From an uncultured Bacteriovoracaceae bacterium (GTDB lineage Bacteria; Bdellovibrionota; UBA2428): a DNA stretch of 64,000 bases. This document shows positions 1 to 9,329 of this stretch, piece by piece (position 1 is the stretch's first letter; every line of letters starts with the position of its first letter). The translations under genes and the position numbers were made by a program. The notes below the pieces were generated by a model that did no database searches, was not told where the DNA came from, and was given only the letters and a program-made list of their open reading frames with translations. The DNA is taken from assembly GCA_964636255.1 (NCBI GenBank), contig CAZWNW010000006.1, forward strand, positions 46,364 to 110,363, given 5' to 3'.

Positions 1-44
1 ATTTTCACTGCACTACTTCGCATGGCCTCGCATAAACTAGTGAC

Positions 45-1088
45 GTGAAGAATCCCGGAATGCTTTTCTTAATTTCGAATGCGTCACTGGGACGGCTGCT
101 TTTTCTTACAGTTGGACCCATGGTTGGGCTACTCCTGTGGGTGCTGATAGAGTCCTACTTTTCAAAAGGCGAATTTTCGCTACCTTCCGGTGTGGTTCCA
201 ATTCACTTTGTTCTTTTTGCTTTTCAAGCCTTAACTCAAGGACATGTTTTTCTCATTTTTCATCGCACTTTCTTCAATCGTGAAGTTTTCACCCGCTATC
301 GAAGCCGGATCATTTTGGGAACTACGCTCGTGTTTTTGGGCGCTCTTTTGAATTGGTGGATTTTTCTTCTCATCGCTCTTTTGAATGTTTTTTGGCTTCA
401 GTACCATTTTATGCGACAGCATTTTGGAGTCAGCCGAATGCTGGGAAAAAAGGAGTATTTCTCGAACATCTGGTTGCGAAGAGCTGATCTTTTTTTTATT
501 TCGCTCACTTTTTTCGTGCCACCCTTTCTCTCACGCCCAGACTTTCTCTTTTCACCTGGCGGCATTAACAAAATCCTCATTGCGATTGGCTGTGGGGCAG
601 CGATCAGCCCGCTGATGACTCTATTTGAGACGCTTGTTTCGATTGCCTTCTTAGTGCAGGTGCCCGCAATTATGTTTTCGACCGCGTATCTGTACTACTT
701 GTGGAGATACGAAGGTCGCGAAAAAGCCCTTTTTTCAACTTCGCTTTTCGCTGTGTTTTGGTCAAGCTGGGTGCTGCTCTCGCCGGAGTGGGGCATAGGG
801 GCGAGTATTGCTACTCACAGTCTTCAATATTACTACCTCGTCTCGAAAAACCGAGAGAATCCAAAATCCGGAATGAGCATGGCACTTTTTCTCGCTTTTG
901 TTTTTTTTGCCTTTTGCTTTGGAACCCTTCACCTACTCTTTGCTGAGCCCGACCAGATCGAGGCTTCTCTTTTTTTCGAAGGTCGTTGGCTGATGGCCTT
1001 TGTTGCCTCAGTCAATATTCTCCATTTTTGGATGGACGGCTTTGCTTGGAAACAACCTCGAAGACCTGCAGCAACCGAGGTGACTTGA
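45..1088 (+). CDS. Polytopic membrane protein of unknown function with conserved-looking His motifs
   Basis: 347 aa, many hydrophobic segments; motifs GHVF, YHFMRQHFG, HSLQY, HFWMDGFAW. Confidence 0.7.
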   Translation: MKNPGMLFLISNASLGRLLFLTVGPMVGLLLWVLIESYFSKGEFSLPSGVVPIHFVLFAFQALTQGHVFLIFHRTFFNREVFTRYRSRIILGTTLVFLGALLNWWIFLLIALLNVFWLQYHFMRQHFGVSRMLGKKEYFSNIWLRRADLFFISLTFFVPPFLSRPDFLFSPGGINKILIAIGCGAAISPLMTLFETLVSIAFLVQVPAIMFSTAYLYYLWRYEGREKALFSTSLFAVFWSSWVLLSPEWGIGASIATHSLQYYYLVSKNRENPKSGMSMALFLAFVFFAFCFGTLHLLFAEPDQIEASLFFEGRWLMAFVASVNILHFWMDGFAWKQPRRPAATEVT

Positions 1089-1119
1089 TCCGTGGCGTCT
1101 CCGGTGAAATCGGCCAATT

Positions 1120-2088
1120 TCACTTCCTAGTAAATTCTTCGATGATTTCGCGGACGCTTTGAATGCGATCGATTTTTTCGACGCTTTTTCCGGCTTGCCA
1201 GAGATCTTTGTAGGGGCGTGGTTTTTTCATGCTTGTTTTTAAATCCCGAAAGGATCGGAGCGAATAATAGAGGCGGGCCCAATGCTTAAATTTAGGATGT
1301 CTTAGCGCCCACTTCATCAATCCTCGAGCCTCGTAACCGAGACGATCGCTCTCTTCATTTTTGATGACGGAGACAGGAACTCCCGAAAGACGCTCAGTCA
1401 GGCGAATGTCTTGGGCTTTCGACTGAACGATCGCATTCTTATATGCCTCGGGGGCCTTGCATTCGGTCGTTGCAATAAAACGAGTTCCCATTTGAACGGC
1501 GGCGTAGCCAATATCGAGCATCTTGCGATATTCGTCCGGACTTCCCACGCCGCCTGCGCAAACAAGCGGAAGATTAAGATCTGAGAGATCATTGAAAAGC
1601 GTTTGCGGATCGCGGCCACCCGTATGGCCCCCCGCGCGATTATTCACACAGATGAGGCCGTCCACTCCGGCCGCGACTGCTTTTTCGGCCCATTTTCGTT
1701 CGGTGACATCATGGTAGACCAGCGCACCTGATGCGTGAGCCCGCTCGACGACCCATCGGGGATTTCCGAGCGCGGTGATAAAAAACTTTATCCCTTCATC
1801 AATCGCGATTTCCATGTAGCGCTTCATACGATCCAGATAAATATCGCTTGAGGCTTCAATTAAAAGATTAAGTCCAATGGGTTTCGAGCTGAGTTGCCGA
1901 ATGTAGCGTAGCCCTTCGCGAAAATCATGACCGTAGACATAGGTGAGGCTCAAGGGCTGAACAATGCCCAGTGCTCCAGCCTCGGATGCAGCCGCTACTA
2001 ATTCAGGATTGCTGCAAGGATACATGGCGCCACAAATGATCGGGTGTCGAATTCCCATTTTCTGGCAGAAATCGGCAGAGCTTTTCAT
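1120..2088 (-). CDS. Nitronate monooxygenase / FabK-like FMN-dependent oxidoreductase
   Basis: PIICGAM, AGGHTG, PLVCAGGV, AVQMGTRFIAT motifs typical of the NMO/FabK family. Confidence 0.85.
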   Translation of the reverse strand: MKSSADFCQKMGIRHPIICGAMYPCSNPELVAAASEAGALGIVQPLSLTYVYGHDFREGLRYIRQLSSKPIGLNLLIEASSDIYLDRMKRYMEIAIDEGIKFFITALGNPRWVVERAHASGALVYHDVTERKWAEKAVAAGVDGLICVNNRAGGHTGGRDPQTLFNDLSDLNLPLVCAGGVGSPDEYRKMLDIGYAAVQMGTRFIATTECKAPEAYKNAIVQSKAQDIRLTERLSGVPVSVIKNEESDRLGYEARGLMKWALRHPKFKHWARLYYSLRSFRDLKTSMKKPRPYKDLWQAGKSVEKIDRIQSVREIIEEFTRK

Positions 2089-2092
2089 GCGA

Positions 2093-2557
2093 CTAGGATT
2101 TCCTAAGTAGCCACTCGGCGGAGGTGGTGCAGACGATCTCGCCGCCTTCGTTTTGGATCTCCGTTAGAACATGAAGGGCTTGGTCGGTATCGACCTGGGT
2201 TAGGGGCGTGACCTGGGCGCGGGCCGTTAAAGTGCCCCGAGCCTTTTTTAAATAATCAACTTTCAGACTTCGGATGATGAAACGTGTGCCTTTAGGGACG
2301 GCGGTGAGGACGGCCAGTCCTCCCGTGAATTCGCCCAAATTTGCCAAAGCGATCGCGTGAATTGAATTGAGATGATTTCGAACGCGCCGAGTGTCGTAGA
2401 GACGGATCTCGGTGCTGCCTGCTTCGATTTTTACGACGTGAGGATAGATGCTCCCCGTATAGGGGATGAGGTGGCCGACTATACGAGAGAAAATTTTACT
2501 CCCCAGGGGCAATTTGTTGAGAGATTTCCAACGACTAAGGACAAGATCTTTGTTCAT
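2093..2557 (-). CDS. Hotdog-fold thioesterase (DUF4442/PaaI-like)
   Basis: NHLNSIHAIALANLGE and VDYLKKARG motifs; start moved to internal Met (MNKDLV) from ORF-track 2641. Confidence 0.8.
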   Translation of the reverse strand: MNKDLVLSRWKSLNKLPLGSKIFSRIVGHLIPYTGSIYPHVVKIEAGSTEIRLYDTRRVRNHLNSIHAIALANLGEFTGGLAVLTAVPKGTRFIIRSLKVDYLKKARGTLTARAQVTPLTQVDTDQALHVLTEIQNEGGEIVCTTSAEWLLRKS

Positions 2558-2706
2558 GGCTGGGACTATTATCGCGATAACTTTGTAAATTGCCAGCCGA
2601 ATAAATTTGCCAAGTTTTCGATCGACGATAAATCGCGCCAAATAATATCAGTAATCTTTCATCTCCGGATGGGCGATCCTTCTCAGTACGAGGAGGAAAA
2701 TGTTCT

Positions 2707-4458
2707 ATGGAAAGAAACTTTGAAATCAAAAGAGGGATCTCTCTGATTGCCTTAGCTATATTGTGCAGTTGTAGCCAGCGACCGCAGAATCCTTACGCTA
2801 ATCTTGAGCTGAGATTCGAGTCCTACGCCAATTGCACGGAGCTGGAAACAGACATCAAGGAACGGGCTTCAGTGCGGCGAAGATTGCTGGCGTCGGGTGG
2901 AATCAGCATCGGAAGCCCGGAAATTCTACCGATTTCAACTTCAGCCGAGCCGGGCTATGAAATCACGAACAATCAAGAAAATGGTGTCATCGAAGGTGAT
3001 AAGTTGAAGCGGAATAGCCACCAAATATATTTCGCACGTGGTGGCAGAATCGAAGTCATTGATTTGGAGACTTTCGCCAAACTGGATTCAATCGATTTTG
3101 GGCCTGCGACCTCGATCGAAGTTTTTGCGGATGAAGTCTTTTTGTGGGCACTAGTGAGCGACGACGCATCCACTCGCTTGCTGCAGTACCGAAGCGAAAA
3201 GCTTCTGCAACCGACATTAGAGCGCACGTGGTCCTGGCCTGGCTACCTCCGACACAGTCGCATGAAAGACGGGGAAATGCTCCTGGTGCTTGAGGATGGT
3301 ATCAACTGGGAAGAGAATACGGTAATTCTTCCGGCCTCAAATTCCTATCTAGGTGTGGCCTGCGATCAAACTTATCGTCCCAGTGGTGGTGATTTTAATA
3401 GTGCAGTGACGAAGGTCATCAGCCTTGATTTTTCTCGCGAGACGATTCAGCAAAAGGAAATGCAATATCTCGGCTGGTCCTCTGATGTTTATGTTTCGGG
3501 CGAGAACCTTTATTTCGTAAAAGATTATCGCATGACCGCGCCCTGGACGCCCGACGAGTGGAAAGAGTGGGATCAGGTTGGTTTTGTGCAGATTCCCTGG
3601 AGAAGTGGCGGAGAGAATCAACTTGAGCCTGCTGCCTCTGGAGTCTTTCCGGGACACATTAAAGATCGTCACAGTCTTAAGGAATATTGGGACGAGAGCC
3701 GGCCAATTCTTTATGCGGGAACCACTCTGGATAATGGTCAGGAAAACCGCTTGATCGTCTTGGAATCCCTGGATGGCCACTTGAATCTAGCGCATGAGAT
3801 CCGAGGACTCGGTATCGGCGAGGAAATCAAAGCAATGCGCTACATGAACGAGCGGGCCTATATGGTGACTTTTGAAAACGTGGATCCACTGTACAATTTT
3901 GATCTCACTAACAAACGAAAGCCCCTACTTTTAGGAGAGCTTAAGGTTCCCGGATACTCGGCCTATCTTCACCCTCTAAGCGAGGGGCGCTTGTTGGGGA
4001 TCGGATATGATGTTCGTTCAAACGGCAGCGCTTTGGAAAATGCGGGAATACAGATTTCTCTCTTTGATACGCAAGGAAATAGTCCCGAATTACTGGATAA
4101 AGTTATTCTGGGTAACAGGGAAAGTTATTCCTCACTTTTTTGGGACAGCCATGCTTTCTTCCTGGATAAGATTTCAGGAATTTTTAGCTTTCCTATGTCG
4201 GAGGGATTCAATCAGAATGGCTCGATCGTGAGCGCGGTCGCATTGCGCGTTGTGGGTGATCAACTACTCGATCTTGCGCGCTTTCGTCACGAGTATTTTT
4301 CTGACAATGCGTGCCCCGATCAAAGCCCGGAGGTTGATCGAGTCTTCCGCGTTGACGATAGTCTCCTCAGTGTTTCCGCTAAGGGCATTCAGCAGCATGA
4401 TTTGTGGGAGCCCGATCAGGTGCAAAGAGAAATGTCATTTTGTCACTTAAGTCGATAG
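2707..4458 (+). CDS. Secreted lipoprotein with C-terminal beta-propeller (Beta_propel family)
   Basis: Lipobox-like LCSC; GEEIKAMRY..RAYMVTFENVDPLYNFDL..LGELKVPGYSAYLHP signature. Confidence 0.8.
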   Translation: MERNFEIKRGISLIALAILCSCSQRPQNPYANLELRFESYANCTELETDIKERASVRRRLLASGGISIGSPEILPISTSAEPGYEITNNQENGVIEGDKLKRNSHQIYFARGGRIEVIDLETFAKLDSIDFGPATSIEVFADEVFLWALVSDDASTRLLQYRSEKLLQPTLERTWSWPGYLRHSRMKDGEMLLVLEDGINWEENTVILPASNSYLGVACDQTYRPSGGDFNSAVTKVISLDFSRETIQQKEMQYLGWSSDVYVSGENLYFVKDYRMTAPWTPDEWKEWDQVGFVQIPWRSGGENQLEPAASGVFPGHIKDRHSLKEYWDESRPILYAGTTLDNGQENRLIVLESLDGHLNLAHEIRGLGIGEEIKAMRYMNERAYMVTFENVDPLYNFDLTNKRKPLLLGELKVPGYSAYLHPLSEGRLLGIGYDVRSNGSALENAGIQISLFDTQGNSPELLDKVILGNRESYSSLFWDSHAFFLDKISGIFSFPMSEGFNQNGSIVSAVALRVVGDQLLDLARFRHEYFSDNACPDQSPEVDRVFRVDDSLLSVSAKGIQQHDLWEPDQVQREMSFCHLSR

Positions 4459-5954
4459 CGAGTGGCGCGGGCAGCACCGCTCAGTTCTAAAAATCCCGCC
4501 TTGCATAGTTCCCGGAGATGCCGTTGAAGGCTTCTTCGGGAGGTTTTCTTTGCGGTCGAAATATCGTCGATGCGAAAAGGTGCTTTTGGAAAATTGTCCT
4601 GAAGTGTCTGCAGGAGTTTAACTTTCTCGCTTTGCAAACCTTGGCGCTTTTCAGGATTCCATTCGATGTAAAAATTACTGCGCCTGCTCTCTAAATAAAA
4701 GGCGCCCTTTAGACAACGGATTTCCAAGGGCAATTTTTCGCTCTCCAAGAATCGCCGACTTCTCCTCAAGGCTTGGTGCAACAGTGCCGGCGTATGGAGG
4801 GCATGATAGTGACGTTCAGGATAAATGGCTTGGAACAGCCTCACGGTATCCATCGGACGGTAAAAATCTGAAGACAGAGCTTGCAGGGTTCGATGCACGA
4901 TTCCTGACTTTCGAAATTGATTTTCTGCGCTGGTGATCGACCAGGAACTTCCGTTGAACGGCGGTGGATTGTAAGTTCCTAAGCGGGGTAACCAATGGAA
5001 AGTTTCGCTTTCGCAGAATTGCGTGCCGAAGCTCTTGAGAAAATGTCGTCGGAGTCGCTCTCGATAGGCTGGATAGGCAGTTCCGCGGTAAACATGCTCG
5101 AAGAGGTGGAGGTCTTTTTGTAGGAGTGCGCGGTGGAGATCAAGGTCGCGCAAACTCTCCCAATGCAAAATTACCCGAGCCCGTTTTCGTAATCCCTCAA
5201 TGGGTTTCGGATCGTTCTTTTCATAGGCTTCAGTAAGTGCCTGCCATTTCTTGATAAAAAGCGATTCCAGCGATTCATGGTCCCAAATCTTTTCGGCTGC
5301 CTTCGATAGCATTTGGCGTGCCATTGGATAATCGCCCCGGTGGAAAGCATTTTGTGCTGCAAGCTCTAACACATTCAAATGAAGTCGCTTTCGTTCTGGA
5401 ATTTCCGTCGCCTGCAGTAGGCGTGGGATCAAACGTCTCGAAATCGAGAAGTCCTGCTCTTGAATGGCAGCAGCTAAAAGATTTACTTCACCAATCAGCC
5501 GCGGGTACTCATCAAGAAGGGGGCTTTTTAAATAGGCTTCAAGTGAGTGAATGGCTGCGCCGTAGTCCCATTCTTTGATCTGGGCAAAAGCCTGAAATAA
5601 CATTGCGCGAACGGGCATTTCCGTCCTTGCGTCCGGGCTCTTTAATAGCAACATGCCCTCTCTAGTGGCTCCCATTTGAATCAGGGCTCCGGCATACTCT
5701 ACCCGTTCTTCGATCGATGCCCTGCGCGTGGCTCGACCTTGAGGCCGTACCATGGGCCCCAGAAGTCGCAAGGCTAGTTGTGGTAATCCACTGCGTCGGC
5801 AGACTTCGCTGGCATGTACCCAGTGCTCCGGATGAAGTTTTTTAAGGTCGATTTGTCGAAGCAGGCTGCGGGCGCGAGCCAGTTGTGCCGCTCGGATGGC
5901 CTCTTCAATCATCTCCAAAGACTTCGCGTCATGGGTCTTCTGAAATCGCGCCAT
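4443..5954 (-). CDS. TPR-like helical protein with C-terminal winged-helix DNA-binding domain(s); putative regulator
   Basis: Helical repeats in N-terminal two thirds; OmpR-like segment (LFQAIYPE..LHQALRRSRR) and terminal HTH (SRRSLQRHLRELCKAGFLELSGAARATRY). Confidence 0.65.
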   Translation of the reverse strand: MARFQKTHDAKSLEMIEEAIRAAQLARARSLLRQIDLKKLHPEHWVHASEVCRRSGLPQLALRLLGPMVRPQGRATRRASIEERVEYAGALIQMGATREGMLLLKSPDARTEMPVRAMLFQAFAQIKEWDYGAAIHSLEAYLKSPLLDEYPRLIGEVNLLAAAIQEQDFSISRRLIPRLLQATEIPERKRLHLNVLELAAQNAFHRGDYPMARQMLSKAAEKIWDHESLESLFIKKWQALTEAYEKNDPKPIEGLRKRARVILHWESLRDLDLHRALLQKDLHLFEHVYRGTAYPAYRERLRRHFLKSFGTQFCESETFHWLPRLGTYNPPPFNGSSWSITSAENQFRKSGIVHRTLQALSSDFYRPMDTVRLFQAIYPERHYHALHTPALLHQALRRSRRFLESEKLPLEIRCLKGAFYLESRRSNFYIEWNPEKRQGLQSEKVKLLQTLQDNFPKAPFRIDDISTAKKTSRRSLQRHLRELCKAGFLELSGAARATRYRLK

Positions 5955-5970
5955 AAAATATCAGTCCAGG

Positions 5971-5998
5971 TTAGCATTTTTTTAGACGATGATTAGAC
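5971..5998. promoter_or_regulatory. Three direct repeats TTAG(CA/AC) at exact 11-bp period; candidate operator
   Basis: TTAGCA at 5971, TTAGAC at 5982 and 5993, in the 59-bp divergent gap. Confidence 0.4.
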
Positions 5999-6013
5999 TC
6001 TAAGAGGAAATCT

Positions 6014-6418
6014 ATGAAAAAAACCCTGGCTGCTTTTGGGATCGCAATAATGCTGAACGCCTGCCTTGGCGGTAACGGTGAGCCGTATCCGGGCCTTGTA
6101 TCTAGTATCGACTATCAGCTCATCTATGAATGTCAGAGTAGAGAGGGTGAGTATTCTCTAGAACTTTTCGAGCACACAGAAAGCGAGCTTTTTGGCCTTA
6201 TCCTGAACGATGCAGAGAGCGAGAAGAGCCAAAACTGGTTGGATTTAGAACTGTCCCATATCGAGACTGGGTGGGAGCGTTATCTGGGGGCGGGGGCCGA
6301 GTTATTGATTGATCGTAGTACAGAGGGTGAGCAGGGCTTTGAGGCCCATTTGAGTATATTTCCGCTGCCACCTGCACTGGAAACGCTCGAGATTGCCTTT
6401 GATTGCCGCTTGAAGTGA
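6014..6418 (+). CDS. Small lipoprotein, unknown function
   Basis: RBS GAGG; MKK..LNAC lipobox. Confidence 0.75.
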   Translation: MKKTLAAFGIAIMLNACLGGNGEPYPGLVSSIDYQLIYECQSREGEYSLELFEHTESELFGLILNDAESEKSQNWLDLELSHIETGWERYLGAGAELLIDRSTEGEQGFEAHLSIFPLPPALETLEIAFDCRLK

Positions 6419-6512
6419 GTCGGCTTTTGCTTCGCCGTCCCTGAGAAAAAGTTTCAACTAGCTATTCTTATATTGCGCCCGCAGTTCCTACGATCTAAGT
6501 TGAAATTTCAAG

Positions 6513-7448
6513 ATGCAGGTCAGGCACCTCTTGAGCATTCAAGATCTAAAGCCTACAGAAATTCCAAAAATTTTTGAGAGAGCCCGTTCCATCAAGGACG
6601 ACTATTTCGCTAAACGTGAGGCATCACCTTCGCACTTTCAAAAGGCAACGGCGCTGATCTTTCTAGAAAATTCTACCCGCACTCGCATTTCCTTTACGCG
6701 TGCCTGCCAAATCATTTCAAAGCCCTTTGTTCAGTTTCCGGATAAAAGCTCACTCTCCAAAGGAGAATCTTTCGAAGACACTCTGGCAAATCTGGAATCT
6801 CTGGAGTGCGACCAGCTGGTCATTCGTTGCACGGAAGAAAATTTGCTCCAGCGAGTCGCTCAATCCTCGCCGCTTTCGATTATTAACGGGGGTGATGGCA
6901 CACGTGAACACCCGACCCAGGCACTTTTGGATCTTTTTACGCTTTGGATGGGGCCAGCAGGTGGCAGTTTAGAAAAACTGAAAAAACTACACATCGGCAT
7001 CATGGGGGATCTCTTGCACTCGCGCGTTGCCCGAAGCTGGGGACGATTGGCCGCGGCGCTGGATTTGAAAGTGCAATTTTTTTCGCCAGAAGAGTGGCGG
7101 CCAAAAACTTGGGATTTCGCCCACGAGTGGCAGCCTGACTTGGATCCCTACCTGAAAGACTTAGACGCTGTGATGTCCCTTCGTGTGCAAAAAGAGCGTT
7201 TCGACGAACAAGAAGTCCGACGTGATTCCGTTACCGCATTCTCTAAAAAGTTTCAGCTGACAGAAGAAAAACTGAATCAATCAGGCAAACCCTGGTTGCT
7301 GCATCCGGGCCCTGTGAATTGGGGCATCGAATTGTCGGAAGAACTACGAAGTTATAAAAAATCTTTGATTCTTGATCAGGTGCAGGGTGGTGTATTCTTG
7401 CGTGCTGCAGTGATTGAACTCTTTTCCAAGGAAGGTGCTTCGAAATGA
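6513..7448 (+). CDS. pyrB: Aspartate carbamoyltransferase catalytic subunit
   Basis: FLENSTRTRISF, HPTQALLD, GDLLHSRVARS, HPGP motifs. Confidence 0.93.
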   Translation: MQVRHLLSIQDLKPTEIPKIFERARSIKDDYFAKREASPSHFQKATALIFLENSTRTRISFTRACQIISKPFVQFPDKSSLSKGESFEDTLANLESLECDQLVIRCTEENLLQRVAQSSPLSIINGGDGTREHPTQALLDLFTLWMGPAGGSLEKLKKLHIGIMGDLLHSRVARSWGRLAAALDLKVQFFSPEEWRPKTWDFAHEWQPDLDPYLKDLDAVMSLRVQKERFDEQEVRRDSVTAFSKKFQLTEEKLNQSGKPWLLHPGPVNWGIELSEELRSYKKSLILDQVQGGVFLRAAVIELFSKEGASK

Positions 7449-8629
7449 AAACCCACGACTCCCGTTCGATAGACGAGCCTGTGCCGGTGACCCTTGCTCT
7501 TGAATGTGGAGCTACCTTCGAGGGGCGAGGTTGGGGCGATTTTTCAAAAGCCCGCGGCGGGGAATTTGTATTCTGCACGGCCATGACCGGGATCGAGGAA
7601 TCACTTACAGATCCCAGTTTTTGCAGGCAGGTCGTGGTTTCGACCGTCTCACACGTAGGCAATACGGGTTATACGGAAGACGATCGTGAGTCGGCAAAAA
7701 TTTGGGCCGAAGGTTTAATCTGTCGCGTTTTAGAATCCGAGCCCTCCAATTGGCGGGCGCGAAAACCCCTGAAAGACTGGATCATTTCTGAGAAGCGATT
7801 TGTTGTGGAAGGGATCGATACGCGTCTTCTCACCACACTTTTGCGGGAAGAGGGCAGTCAGCGCGGCCTCATTTTTGAAAAGGCGAAGTTCTCAGACAAA
7901 GAGGCGCAGGAGCAAATCAAAAATCAGCTGCCCGACATGAACGGACTCGATCTTTGCGCCGAGGTGACTTGTTCAAAATCATTTTCCTTTAAGGAAGACT
8001 TTCAGAAGAACTATTGGGAAATTGTTCCCCGCGATCTGCGAAAGTCCGAAGTTCGCGCCAAAATCGGGGTGTGGGATTTCGGTGTTAAGAAAAACACGCT
8101 CCGGATCCTTTCGTCTTTAGGGATGGAAGTTGAGGTCTATCCGGCGACCACAAAGGCGGAAGATTTTTTAGGTCGAAAAGATCTTGATGGCATCTTGCTG
8201 TCGAATGGTCCGGGTGATCCGTCGGCTTCGGGCCACATCATTAGCGAATTGAAAAAGGTTTTGGGCCGTAAACCCGTTTTTGCCATTTGCCTGGGCCATC
8301 AGCTGGTTGCACGTGCGGTCGGTGCCGAAACCTATAAAATGAAATTTGGTCACCGCGGCATTCATCACCCGGTCGTTGAACTCAATGCGCGGGGCGAAGC
8401 CGTTCGCACGTGGATCAGCAGTCAAAATCATGGATTTGCTGTGGACGCGCAGAGTCTACCTCCGGGCTCGCACGTATCTTTTTATCACGGAGACGATGGA
8501 AGCGTTGAGGGTCTGAGCCTTCCCGAGTTAAATTGTGAGACGGTTCAATTCCACCCCGAAGCCGGACCTGGTCCCTATGATTCGTGGGTGCTTTTGGATC
8601 GCTTTCTCAGTCGCATAAGGGGGCAATAG
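7445..8629 (+). CDS. carA: Carbamoyl-phosphate synthase small subunit
   Basis: LSNGPGDP, ICLGHQ (catalytic Cys), SQNHGFAVD, QFHPEA. Confidence 0.95.
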   Translation: MKTHDSRSIDEPVPVTLALECGATFEGRGWGDFSKARGGEFVFCTAMTGIEESLTDPSFCRQVVVSTVSHVGNTGYTEDDRESAKIWAEGLICRVLESEPSNWRARKPLKDWIISEKRFVVEGIDTRLLTTLLREEGSQRGLIFEKAKFSDKEAQEQIKNQLPDMNGLDLCAEVTCSKSFSFKEDFQKNYWEIVPRDLRKSEVRAKIGVWDFGVKKNTLRILSSLGMEVEVYPATTKAEDFLGRKDLDGILLSNGPGDPSASGHIISELKKVLGRKPVFAICLGHQLVARAVGAETYKMKFGHRGIHHPVVELNARGEAVRTWISSQNHGFAVDAQSLPPGSHVSFYHGDDGSVEGLSLPELNCETVQFHPEAGPGPYDSWVLLDRFLSRIRGQ

Positions 8630-8636
8630 GAATTTC

Positions 8637-9281
8637 ATGGCGCAGACACTTCAAGAGTTCTTGGATCGGATTCTGACTCTATACTCAACGGGCTCGCGCT
8701 ATGAGGAAGTGCGCCGAGCAAAAGAAGAATTCTTCCGAAGGGCCGGCAAGGTGGCCGAAGGATCTGATGCATTTGAACAACAAATGCGTTCCTTCGTGGA
8801 CTGGTATCTCTTTGATCGGCCATTGGATGGTTTGGATCTTTGTCCCGTGAAAATGTTTGTGATTGAAAATAAAAACACTCTGCCTCCCGAAGAGCTGCAA
8901 ATTTTTACAGATCTCACAAAAGGAATTCATTCGATTTATGAGTATCTAAAAATGAAGGGTGATGATGTTTACCTGAAAGACCTCTTCTCTAAGGAAAACT
9001 ACGTCGTCGAAGATTCCGAAATCAATCGAGGCTTCACGAAGGGTGATATCTTTGAATCGCGCTTGATCCGCTTCAAAGACCGCTACGTTTTCGGCGGCTC
9101 TTTTGTTTTTCATCCAACCGATGTGAAAAGTTACATCACAAAACAAATTAAGAAGATTCGCTATCAAGATTATGCGCAGCGCTTGAAGCTGATTCATAAA
9201 TTGGCGACGATGCGTCTCAAGACGGATCAGTACGCCCATATTGACGTTAAGTTCATTTACACTGATCAACCGATGTTTTAG
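8637..9281 (+). CDS. Hypothetical cytoplasmic protein between carA and carB
   Basis: 214 aa ORF with RBS, in operon; beta-rich C-terminal half. Confidence 0.75.
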   Translation: MAQTLQEFLDRILTLYSTGSRYEEVRRAKEEFFRRAGKVAEGSDAFEQQMRSFVDWYLFDRPLDGLDLCPVKMFVIENKNTLPPEELQIFTDLTKGIHSIYEYLKMKGDDVYLKDLFSKENYVVEDSEINRGFTKGDIFESRLIRFKDRYVFGGSFVFHPTDVKSYITKQIKKIRYQDYAQRLKLIHKLATMRLKTDQYAHIDVKFIYTDQPMF

Positions 9282-9329
9282 GAGTTTTTTCATGGTGAAG
9301 ATAACGACTGTTTCTGTAGAGGATCTTCG

